Positions 1 through 8,140 of a stretch of DNA of 18,610 nt are shown here, piece after piece. Where the stretch lies: assembly GCA_008080735.1 (NCBI GenBank), contig SHMW01000084.1, positions 1-18,610 of the forward strand. The letters are read 5' to 3'. A program made the position numbers and the translations under genes. Every line of letters begins with the position of its first letter. The first letter of the stretch is position 1. The DNA comes from Promethearchaeota archaeon. Lineage in GTDB: Archaea; Asgardarchaeota; Lokiarchaeia; Sigyniarchaeales; SOKP01. Below the pieces are notes generated by a model, which was not told the origin of the DNA, did not search any database, and saw only the letters and a program-made list of their open reading frames with translations.

Positions 1-47
1 ATTATAGAGGAGATGCGGTAGCAAGATCTCGAAAGAAATATTTATAA
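1..47 (+). CDS. Possible 3' end of a gene entering from the left edge (...YRGDAVARSRKKYL*)
   Basis: Frame starting at nt 3 is open to TAA at 45-47 and is more GC-rich than the AT-rich DNA after it. Too short to assign a family. Confidence 0.3.
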   Translation, partial: YRGDAVARSRKKYL

Positions 48-220
48 CAATTCAGGAATTATGCAAAAAATGCATAAGATAAGATCCGTAGTTTGGTATA
101 AAAAATACATGAGAAATATTCCAATCGGGATTTTTATGAAAAAAATATGTAATTAAGTTATAGTACATCACATGAAAAATAAAATTCTAAATTTTAAATT
201 CTCAACAAATAAAATCGATC

Positions 221-244
221 GGGTGGACAAATCCTACCCTTTTT
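221..244 (+). terminator. Possible hairpin plus T-run (GGGTGGA-CAAA-TCCTACCC-TTTTT)
   Basis: 7-bp GC-rich stem with a 1-nt bulge and 4-nt loop, followed by T5, in an otherwise very AT-rich spacer downstream of the SDR gene. Function unproven. Confidence 0.25.
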
Positions 245-321
245 GATTAATGATATTAGAATCTGGTTTTAAATAGTTCAAATACATGAGAGATTTATTA
301 GATTATTATTTTAGAAAAGTC

Positions 322-1179
322 TTAGAACTTTGCTCCAAATAATTTTTTGAAGATTTTTTCTATTCTTTTACGAGATAAAAGCCGATGCATAATTGGCAGC
401 ATTTTAACGCTGGGACCTATAATGTATACCGGTTTCCATTTGTTCGCTTGAATTATTTTCTTATACACTTTATCCGCAAATTTCGAAGGAGGCCACAAAT
501 TAAAATTTTCTTCAAGCTGATCACCCGGATTAGAAAAATATTTTTGATATAAAGGACGCAAATCGGGAGGGATTGACTCCCATAACGCAACTTCTTCTCC
601 TTTAGAAAATCCAGTCATTTTTGTTTTAACTCCGCCCGGTTCCAGTGCAGTCACTTGAATTCCAAACGGTTCCATTTCCATTCGCAGGTGACGAGTTAAT
701 GCTGCTAAAGCACTTTTAGACACTGGATATGTACATCCAAGAGGTATGGTGAGATAGACTGAAGTAGAGGTCACAATGATGATTCTAGCATTTCCATGTT
801 TTCGAAGTTGGGGAAGGAATGTTTGGACTATGCGTATAGGCCCCCAAAAATTCACCTCCATTAGGAAGTGGAATGCTTCTAGATTTACCGTCTCAACTGG
901 ACCTGGTGCGCCTGTCATGGCTGCGTTATTAATCAGCAAACTTAATCCCGTATCTCCTAATGCGCCTTTCACTTTCTCTGCTGCTTCAAGAATAGCATTT
1001 GGATCTGCTACATCACACTTCATCATAGTAAGACGAGATGATGCCGCTTTAAGTAAATCATCTGGTGGAGTTCTGTTATAAGTTCCGAATACACGCCATC
1101 CTATTTGATCTAACTTCAATGATAAGGCTTTTCCAATTCCCGTTGCTGCTCCGGTAATAAAAACACTATTTTCACTCAT
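322..1179 (-). CDS. Classical short-chain dehydrogenase/reductase (retinol/17-beta-hydroxysteroid dehydrogenase-like subgroup)
   Basis: TGAATGIG Rossmann motif, LINNAA, MEVNFWG, catalytic Ser region (VTSTS), YPVSK (YxxxK), LRMEMEPFGIQVTALEPG. Confidence 0.92.
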   Translation of the reverse strand: MSENSVFITGAATGIGKALSLKLDQIGWRVFGTYNRTPPDDLLKAASSRLTMMKCDVADPNAILEAAEKVKGALGDTGLSLLINNAAMTGAPGPVETVNLEAFHFLMEVNFWGPIRIVQTFLPQLRKHGNARIIIVTSTSVYLTIPLGCTYPVSKSALAALTRHLRMEMEPFGIQVTALEPGGVKTKMTGFSKGEEVALWESIPPDLRPLYQKYFSNPGDQLEENFNLWPPSKFADKVYKKIIQANKWKPVYIIGPSVKMLPIMHRLLSRKRIEKIFKKLFGAKF

Positions 1180-1629
1180 TGATCTATATATCTTTATTAT
1201 AAATTATGTTGATGATTATATTATTGTAGGAATTGAATATAAATGTTTAATAGCAGGTCGATTTAGTTAAACATAGCAATCCTACATACTAACTAGGAAC
1301 GAAATGTTAAGAATAAAAATGATCGAAAAAATTAATTTCTATTTTGATTTTCTCAATATTTTATTTCCTTTATTCTTTAATTATAGGTTTAAAAAAGTTT
1401 ATACCAATTTAATTATAATATTTTTCATCATGGATGGATAATAACAAATTTAACCTCTCACCAAAAAATTGGAGGGAGATCCTAAATGTATTATCTTTTC
1501 CACGATTTTAGACCATCAGTTGAAGAAATAGTTCATGTAGATTAACTATCCATAAACTTAATAATTCATCAATCTATCTTTTTCATAATCATTTTAACTA
1601 CCTAAATCAAGAAGTAAAATTATATCCCC

Positions 1630-1968
1630 ATGAAATATTATTCTGAAGACCAGATGAAGAATATCCGTATGAAAGTCGAAGAAGAAGTTCTTAAATGGGA
1701 GGGGATTTCTACAACAAAAATGTTTGGATGCCCTTGTTATAAGGTGAACGACAAACTGTTTGGATTCTTGGTTACAAGCGGGATAGTGCTTACCAAATTC
1801 CCCAAACAAGAAAAACCCAGAATTTCTCAAGAATTCGACACGGGACCATTTCGAGCGGGAAACAGAACGATGCGAGACTGGGTACAAATTCCAATACATA
1901 ATAAAGATTTAGTCCCACAGATTCTTCCCTTTTTACGTAAAAGTTATGTAAATGCCAAAAAAGACTAA
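1630..1968 (+). CDS. TfoX/Sxy N-terminal-domain-like small protein
   Basis: KMFGCPCYKVNDKLFGFL resembles the TfoX_N KMFGxxxxxxxxxxF pattern. The later PF...MRDWVQIP...SY elements also fit. Confidence 0.7.
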   Translation: MKYYSEDQMKNIRMKVEEEVLKWEGISTTKMFGCPCYKVNDKLFGFLVTSGIVLTKFPKQEKPRISQEFDTGPFRAGNRTMRDWVQIPIHNKDLVPQILPFLRKSYVNAKKD

Positions 1969-2233
1969 CAATAACAAAGAAAAAATTCCTTATTTCCTAT
2001 ATAAAGGAAAAAATTGCGTTTGATGCAATCATTATTTTCTAGCGTGGTTCATATAATGAAGGAATAGAGATATCATATAAAACGAGGAAGTGAAAAAATC
2101 TAAGGATGTTTGAACGAGAATTTTCTAATAATGATTATATCTCAAAAGGGCTCTACAAAAATAATAAGGGGATGATAATTTCAGATATTAGTGATTTAGG
2201 TAAATTTAAATGATTCATTTCTACTATAGCCAC

Positions 2234-2694
2234 ATGCAGCTATTAAAATATTCCAATCCCACCTATCACATGGAAATCAGTTACCCGTGGGGTGGGAATT
2301 TATAGAGAATCATATGGGTTTTGTAGGTGCTATCATCTCTCCGCTTAAAGACGACACAGATACCTTTCGAGAAAATGTATGATACACGTTGAGGATTTAA
2401 GTGGTGTAGAAATAACCTTAAAAGAATACAGCGATCTTACGGTAGGGGATATGAATCAGTTGATTTCCAAATTCAAACTTCTCAAACCGATGGATTTCAC
2501 GACCCTCGCAGGGTATCACAGCCGGAGAATGACCGCAAAAGGTATCCAAGGTAAGTTGAAGTTGCAATGGACATGTACATGGACAATTACAAAAAAATTT
2601 GGCTTATGTATTAACATTTACCGCCAAGCGCGAGCAGCATGATGAATATATCCCTTACTTCGACGAGATGATACAATCTTTCAGAATTCTGTGA
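2234..2694 (+). pseudogene. Frameshifted PsbP-related/DcrB-like (Mog1p/PsbP fold) gene, about 153 aa when repaired
   Basis: Four segments in changing frames join into one coherent protein: MQLLKYSNPTYHMEISYP / VGWEFIENHMGFVGAIISPLKDDTDTFRENV / MIHVEDLSG...TTLAGY...WTCTWTITK / NLAYVLTFTAKREQHDEYIPYFDEMIQSFRIL*. Shifts lie near 2286 (-1), 2379 (-1) and the A7 run at 2591-2597 (+1). An alternative in-frame ATG is at 2210. The listed 87-aa ORF 2379-2642 is only the middle part. Confidence 0.8.
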
Positions 2695-2710
2695 TAAAAT
2701 TTCAAGTCGT

Positions 2711-2750
2711 TATTTTAATTTCCTTTTCTTTCTCCTATTTTTTATTTGGT
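2711..2750 (+). terminator. Archaeal-type oligo-T/pyrimidine terminator
   Basis: TTTTAATTTCCTTTTCTTTTCTCCTATTTTTTATTT tract starting about 17 nt after the reconstructed stop at 2692-2694. Confidence 0.45.
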
Positions 2751-2783
2751 TAACTTCTATGGCATAAAGGTGAAAATAATAAA

Positions 2784-2815
2784 TATTGACATAACCAATA
2801 AATATATGTTAAAAT
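2784..2815 (+). promoter_or_regulatory. Putative promoter/operator of the AE-GRE gene
   Basis: TATA-like TAAATATA at 2799-2806 lies within an imperfect inverted repeat, TTGACATA(2786-2793)-N11-TATGTTAA(2805-2812), about 40-65 nt upstream of the ATG. Confidence 0.3.
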
Positions 2816-2851
2816 AAGTGAAAAATGGATAGTATAAGGAAGAAATAAAAT

Positions 2852-5800
2852 ATGCAGATAACTCAAACATTCACACCGTTTAAAGTCCAACGTAATTGTG
2901 TCTATGATGGACCAGGGATTCGAACAACACTCTTTTTTAAGGGGTGCGGATTAAGATGTGTCTGGTGTCAAAATCCAGAAATGAAATCGTTCCGTGATGA
3001 TGTTCCCCCAGAAAAGAATTATACTATTGAGGATCTAGTAGATCTAATTCTACGAGATAGAGAGTATTACATCCTGAGTGGAGGCGGGGTAACATTGAGC
3101 GGAGGTGAACCATTTCTCCAAGATCCAGAGTGTCTGATTAGATTATTGAAATTATTGAAAGAGGAATACATCCATATTGCAGTTGAGACATCCCTTCACG
3201 TTCCTTGGGACCATATTAATAAATTAGAACCTTATATTGATTTATATTTAGTTGATTTGAAGGTTGTCGGAGATGATCACCTTCATATAAAATATACTAA
3301 CCAAGACAGCAGATTAATCCATTCTAACTTGAAAAAATTGCTCGATAGAAATGCTAATGTGAAATTTCGGATGGTTATGGTGCCGGGATTCAATGATGGA
3401 GAGGATAACATTAAATCCACCGCCCATCTGCTTAAATCACTTAATTATGACTCTCTTGAATTATTAAAATATCATAACTTTTATGAGGATAAAGCACGCC
3501 GTCTTGGTCTCAATTACCAGTCTTTAGGTATAACCAATGAGAAAGCTACTGAATCAATTGAACGTGGGATTAAACTCTTTGAAAAACAAGGAATTAACGT
3601 AAAGTATGTTGAAAGAGATGCTACACTAAAAAAAACCTCTTTTTCACCTCGAGTTAGACAAATTCAAAAAGATATTAGAAATAGCGGAAGGGCCCTGTGT
3701 ATAGAAGCATGTAAATTAAAAACCAAATATTATAAAAAAAACGGTTTTGAGGAACCCACGCCTATTCACCGAGCGGAATGTCTCTCCTACGTTCTGAGAA
3801 ATAAGACGGTGAGAATCTATCCAAAAGAATTACTGGTTGGTAATTTTACCTCGAAAAGGTGTGCAGGACAACTGTGGGAAGAATATTATGGTCCGATTGT
3901 AGCAAGTTTTCTGTATAAGATAGATCGTCTAAAACCAGTACGATTTCAATGCTCATTCAAAGAAAAACTATATTCGTATGTTCGATTATTTCCGTTCTGG
4001 ATGAAGCATAGTCTTTTTAATATAGTATATTCGAAGATACCTGATGTTGTCTCTGCATTAGCAAATGCTTCCGAGACAGTTGCGGGATTTAATAATAATA
4101 TGGCATCGATAGCGCATTTTATCGTGAATTTCGAGCGAACTCTTGAGCTTGGAACGTCTGGGCTGATTAAAAAGCTCAAAAAGAAAAAGGCTGAAAAATC
4201 AGAGAAATATGAGGATTTTTATGATGGAGCAATAATTAGTTTAAAAGCTTTAGAAGCATTTGCCGCGAGGTATTCTAAAGAGCTTACATATCTTAGCCAA
4301 CATGAGTCTAATCGGCAGCGAAAGAAAGAATTGAAAAAAATGGCTGAAATTTGCGAGCATGTTCCTAAAAACCCCGCGCGCACATTTCATGAAGCACTTC
4401 AGAGTATGCTTTTTTTACATATAGCGCTGTGTACCGAATCATATGAAAATGCGATATCATTTGGGCGGCTTGATCAGATCCTTTCCCCATATTATAAAAG
4501 AGATAAAGAAGAGGGACGAATTACATATGAAGAGGCGAAAGAATTACTCTGTTTATTTATTCTTAAAATGGACGAGGTCATTTTGGTAAATGATGGAGAT
4601 AGCTTTCCAAGTCTTAATGGGCTTTTCGAGACGCTCTCTACAGATCAGGCAGTGACTTTTGGCGGCGTTGATAAGGACGGAAAGGATGCCACTAATGATG
4701 TGACATACATGCTGATTGATGCATGTGAATTACAACCTCTTTCAGCCGATATGGCGGCGCGTATTAACAAAAATAGTCCAGAGGAGTACCTAGAAAAAAT
4801 CTCCGAGGTCTACATTAAGGGATGTCCTATACCGCAACTATTCAGCGATGAGATCTATATTGAAACCATCATAAAGCATTATCCAGTATCAATAGAATCT
4901 GCGAGAAATTATTCAATAGTGGGATGTGTAGAACCAAATGCGTCTGATGACCATTTTGGGAATACTGATTGTGCAAATGTAAATCTTACCTTACCCTTAT
5001 TGCAAGCCTTAAAAGGACAAGAGCATGATTTATGGAATAATAAAACAAGTGATGATCTGCTCACACTAATTACAAATTTTGTTATATTTTACCTTAGAGG
5101 AAAAAACCTTGTTTCTAGATTTATATTACGAATTTGTAATAGGTTACGCGAAAGAAGGAAGATTAAATTAGGATTATACAACTATAATCCGCCTTCAAAT
5201 ATGGAGGAATTGCTTGAACGATTCCAGAAACGGTTGAATCATCTTACAAATTCCATCTTAAAAGATCATCAAAAGATTGAAAGGCATCTTCGCCAACACT
5301 TTCCCACGCCTCTTGCCTCCTCACTCTCTAAAGGTTGTATAGAAAGCGGTAGGGATGTATATGAAGGTGGAGCAACGATCAACAGCAGCGGCATTCAAGC
5401 AGTAGGAGTAACTGATGTCGCAGATTCACTATTTGCTATTAATGAGGTTGTTTTTAAGAAAAAGCTCTATTCAATCGAAGATGTTATAGTTGCGATTGAA
5501 AATAATTTTCAAGGATCTCGTAGCCAAAAGATTCGATCTGCATTACTTTCAGTTCCGAAGTTTGGAGAAGAATCTTCTACAGAAACCATAGTTTGGATGA
5601 ATGAAGTATTGAAGATGTACAACAATGCATTGGACTCAGTAGGCAATAGTCCACGAGATGGAAGATATTCAGCGGGCTATTATGCCCTGAATGTATGCAC
5701 TCGCTATGGAAAAAATACACCTGCACTTCCCTCGGGAAGACTTGAAGGAGAGCCACTTGCGAATAGCCTCACACCTCATTATGGAATGGAACAATCGGAT

Positions 5801-6127
5801 CTCTTATCTTCATTGAATTCAATTGCTGGAATTAATTTTATAGAGCATGCTGAGAATGGTTCAACTGCCACGCTAACGATTGACTCTTCTCTATTTCAAA
5901 ATTCAGAGGGAAAAAAGAATCTAGCTAGTCTTATAAACACATTCCTCTCTAAGGGGGGTATGCAACTCCAACCAAACGTCGTCAACCGTGAAATGTTACA
6001 AGATGCCTATGAACATCCCGAGAAGTATCCGAATTTAATGGTTCGTATTGCCGGCTACTGCGCATACTTCAATGAACTTTCTGATGGCATGAAACAAGTT
6101 ATTATCAATAGGGCTTGCTATAAATAA
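2852..6127 (+). CDS. Fusion of a glycyl-radical enzyme activating enzyme (radical SAM, aa ~1-255) and a PFL-family glycyl radical enzyme (aa ~265-1091)
   Basis: N-part: DGPGIRTTLFFKGC32GLRC36VWC39QNPE, GGGVTLSGGEP, AVETS, LVDLK, VPGFND, LLKYH. C-part: PRV..IQ, IHRAE..YVL..IYPKELLVGN, PARTFHEALQ, SFGRLDQIL.PYY, GGVDKDGKDATN, Cys loop GC692VEP, PKFG, TPALPSGR..GEPLANS, Gly loop VRIAG1068Y. Single uninterrupted frame. Confidence 0.95.
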   Translation: MQITQTFTPFKVQRNCVYDGPGIRTTLFFKGCGLRCVWCQNPEMKSFRDDVPPEKNYTIEDLVDLILRDREYYILSGGGVTLSGGEPFLQDPECLIRLLKLLKEEYIHIAVETSLHVPWDHINKLEPYIDLYLVDLKVVGDDHLHIKYTNQDSRLIHSNLKKLLDRNANVKFRMVMVPGFNDGEDNIKSTAHLLKSLNYDSLELLKYHNFYEDKARRLGLNYQSLGITNEKATESIERGIKLFEKQGINVKYVERDATLKKTSFSPRVRQIQKDIRNSGRALCIEACKLKTKYYKKNGFEEPTPIHRAECLSYVLRNKTVRIYPKELLVGNFTSKRCAGQLWEEYYGPIVASFLYKIDRLKPVRFQCSFKEKLYSYVRLFPFWMKHSLFNIVYSKIPDVVSALANASETVAGFNNNMASIAHFIVNFERTLELGTSGLIKKLKKKKAEKSEKYEDFYDGAIISLKALEAFAARYSKELTYLSQHESNRQRKKELKKMAEICEHVPKNPARTFHEALQSMLFLHIALCTESYENAISFGRLDQILSPYYKRDKEEGRITYEEAKELLCLFILKMDEVILVNDGDSFPSLNGLFETLSTDQAVTFGGVDKDGKDATNDVTYMLIDACELQPLSADMAARINKNSPEEYLEKISEVYIKGCPIPQLFSDEIYIETIIKHYPVSIESARNYSIVGCVEPNASDDHFGNTDCANVNLTLPLLQALKGQEHDLWNNKTSDDLLTLITNFVIFYLRGKNLVSRFILRICNRLRERRKIKLGLYNYNPPSNMEELLERFQKRLNHLTNSILKDHQKIERHLRQHFPTPLASSLSKGCIESGRDVYEGGATINSSGIQAVGVTDVADSLFAINEVVFKKKLYSIEDVIVAIENNFQGSRSQKIRSALLSVPKFGEESSTETIVWMNEVLKMYNNALDSVGNSPRDGRYSAGYYALNVCTRYGKNTPALPSGRLEGEPLANSLTPHYGMEQSDLLSSLNSIAGINFIEHAENGSTATLTIDSSLFQNSEGKKNLASLINTFLSKGGMQLQPNVVNREMLQDAYEHPEKYPNLMVRIAGYCAYFNELSDGMKQVIINRACYK

Positions 6128-6175
6128 ATAACGGTATGATAATGAGAGAAGTCTTTTATTCCCCATCAAAATCTC

Positions 6176-6949
6176 CTAATTTTGTTTCATTTGACAAAAA
6201 TTAACTAATTCTCTAGTATCTAGAAACTTTATTTGAATCATTTTCGATTTCCATTCAATTTCTTGATTATAGACCGGATTTCCACGGAGATCAATTGTAT
6301 CCAGATTCTTAAGATTTGCAAGACCCTTTAGTTGATGAATTTCATTAAAAGCGAGATTCAGTCTCTTCAATTTTATTAGATGATCCAGATTTTTTATTTC
6401 CTGTATTTTGTTTCTCTTTAATACCAAAAGAATTAATTCTTTCAGGGAGTCAAGACCTTGAAGCTCCATTATAAAATTTTTTTCAATATTCAGAAATTCC
6501 AGATTATACAGGTGTTCCAAACCCTCTATTTTATGAAAGCGATTGCTTCCGAGATATAATCTCTTTAAATTTTTTAGAGTATCCAATCCACTAATCTTTT
6601 GAATTCGATTATCAAACACATTTAACTCAACCAATTTAGAAAGGGAATTAAATCCTTTGAGTTCTGATATTTTATTATTGTACAGATAAAGATATTGCAG
6701 ATTAGATAATTGGGCCAACCCACTTATCTCCGCGATTTGGTTTAATCGTAAATTAAGAAGCTCCAATTGAGTTAAATCTTCAAGGCCCTTGATCTCTGTA
6801 ATCTCATTATATGATAAATCTAATTCTCTAATATTCCCGAGATTCTCAAATCCTCTGATAAGTGTTATATCCTCAATTCCTAAATTACTCAGATTTAAAA
6901 CTCCATTTCTAAGGAAGTATTTAGAACCTTTATATCTGACATAATCCAT
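6176..6949 (-). CDS. Leucine-rich repeat protein (SDS22-like 22-aa repeats)
   Basis: Eight full LxxLxLxxNxIxxIxGLxxLxx repeats plus partial terminal repeats ending in LDTIDLRGNPV. No signal peptide or TM segment visible. Confidence 0.93.
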   Translation of the reverse strand: MDYVRYKGSKYFLRNGVLNLSNLGIEDITLIRGFENLGNIRELDLSYNEITEIKGLEDLTQLELLNLRLNQIAEISGLAQLSNLQYLYLYNNKISELKGFNSLSKLVELNVFDNRIQKISGLDTLKNLKRLYLGSNRFHKIEGLEHLYNLEFLNIEKNFIMELQGLDSLKELILLVLKRNKIQEIKNLDHLIKLKRLNLAFNEIHQLKGLANLKNLDTIDLRGNPVYNQEIEWKSKMIQIKFLDTRELVNFCQMKQN

Positions 6950-7135
6950 ATTTTAGAGTCTGCTTTTTCTGAATATTATTTTAAGATATACAAGGGAATA
7001 AACAAATCATTTTAAAAATATTAATTCTTATTGGTTTTTATACCAAGGTAGCAATAAACAGCGATGCTCTAAAATTTTTTTCATTAATAAAACCTAACCT
7101 CAGCTTATATATTTCACCAATCAAATTCATTACAT

Positions 7136-8125
7136 ATGAGTAGTCTGAGCATTATCGAGGATTTAATGAGAGAATTTGCGGAAAATACGGGGCTAAATTC
7201 AGAGAGGGATCCAAAAAGATATCTCTGGACAGATGCGTTTGCGGTCTGCAACTTCATCCAATTATTCAAGCAGACAAAAAATGAGAAATATAAAGACTTA
7301 GCAATTGATCTAGTAGATCAAGTTCATTCGATCCTTGGAAAACATCGTGATGATGATCCTCGGGAAGGCTGGCTCTCCAACAACCCTAAACATCCTACTA
7401 AAAATGGTTTGCGAATAGGGAAAGACCTACCTGAAAGAAAACGTGATCAGCCAATCGACCAGCAACTCGAATGGGAGAGAGATGGACAATATTTTCACTA
7501 TTTGACCAAATGGATGGTTGCGTTGATTAGCATAGGGAATTTTCTTGAGGAAGAAACCTATAAGATTTGGGCGTCAGATTTAGTACAAGCCTCGATGAGT
7601 TTCGTCCATAATGAGAGGATGTTTTGGAAGATGAGCATCGATCTCAGCAGACCATTAGTCAGTTCGATGGGACAACACGACCCCCTCGATGGATACACGG
7701 TATTCAGATTAGTTGATATGAATACAGAGGAGGATTTAAGCGAGGAAGTGAACGTTATGTTTAAGATGGCAAAAGGATTGCGTTTAGAGACAGAAGATCC
7801 ATTGGGAATGGGAAGCATGTTGATCGACGCATACAGATTATATAAAATGAATGAGAAAAAGGAATTCATCGATACTATTATTGAAGCTGTCAAATATGGG
7901 ATTCAATATTTCAATGCGAATATTCATAGCTTAGCGTTTCGAGAATTAGGATTAGCAATAGGAATAGACGCAGCGAAACGAATGAATAGGTTAAAAAAAT
8001 ATTGGAATATTTCTGAGAAGTTAAATACCTACTGGGTCAATCATCGAAGATGGGAAGCTCACAAAGACATAAACCAAGTTATGTTGGCGACTAGCTTAGA
8101 CCCAAACCAATATTTAGAAGTTTAA
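7136..8125 (+). CDS. Conserved hypothetical protein, probably all-alpha (alpha/alpha toroid-like) and enzyme-like
   Basis: 329-aa ORF with motif-like blocks RYLWTDAFAV, DGQYFHYLTKWM, WKMSIDLSRPLV.SMGQHDPLDG, LAFRELGLAIG and H.DIN.VMLATSL, which I recall from an uncharacterised microbial family. Confidence 0.75.
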   Translation: MSSLSIIEDLMREFAENTGLNSERDPKRYLWTDAFAVCNFIQLFKQTKNEKYKDLAIDLVDQVHSILGKHRDDDPREGWLSNNPKHPTKNGLRIGKDLPERKRDQPIDQQLEWERDGQYFHYLTKWMVALISIGNFLEEETYKIWASDLVQASMSFVHNERMFWKMSIDLSRPLVSSMGQHDPLDGYTVFRLVDMNTEEDLSEEVNVMFKMAKGLRLETEDPLGMGSMLIDAYRLYKMNEKKEFIDTIIEAVKYGIQYFNANIHSLAFRELGLAIGIDAAKRMNRLKKYWNISEKLNTYWVNHRRWEAHKDINQVMLATSLDPNQYLEV

Positions 8126-8140
8126 AGTCCTTGGGTTAAT

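Noticed and set aside
61-156. 31-aa ORF MQKMHKIRSVVWY...
   Set aside because: Short AT-rich ORF with no supporting signal.
1430-1545. Small ORFs and a weak hairpin with a GGAGG-like sequence in the SDR-TfoX spacer
   Set aside because: ORFs are 25 aa or shorter, the stem is weak, and no RNA family is recognisable.
2106-2213. 35-aa ORF MFEREFSNNDY...GKFK* overlapping ATG 2210
   Set aside because: Short with no motif. It could be a decayed remnant, but I cannot support that.
2379-2642. 87-aa ORF as an independent gene
   Set aside because: It is the middle fragment of the frameshifted PsbP/DcrB-like gene, and its last ~15 residues are out of frame.
3628-3635. A8 run at the AE-GRE junction as a programmed slippage site producing free activase
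   Set aside because: A-runs are common in this AT-rich DNA and no stimulatory structure is seen. Kept only as a position to verify in reads.
2852-6127. Annotation as pyruvate formate-lyase (pflB/pflA), choline TMA-lyase or alkyl/benzylsuccinate synthase
   Set aside because: There is no CC motif for PFL, no small-subunit or microcompartment genes nearby, and class-specific residues cannot be confirmed by eye.
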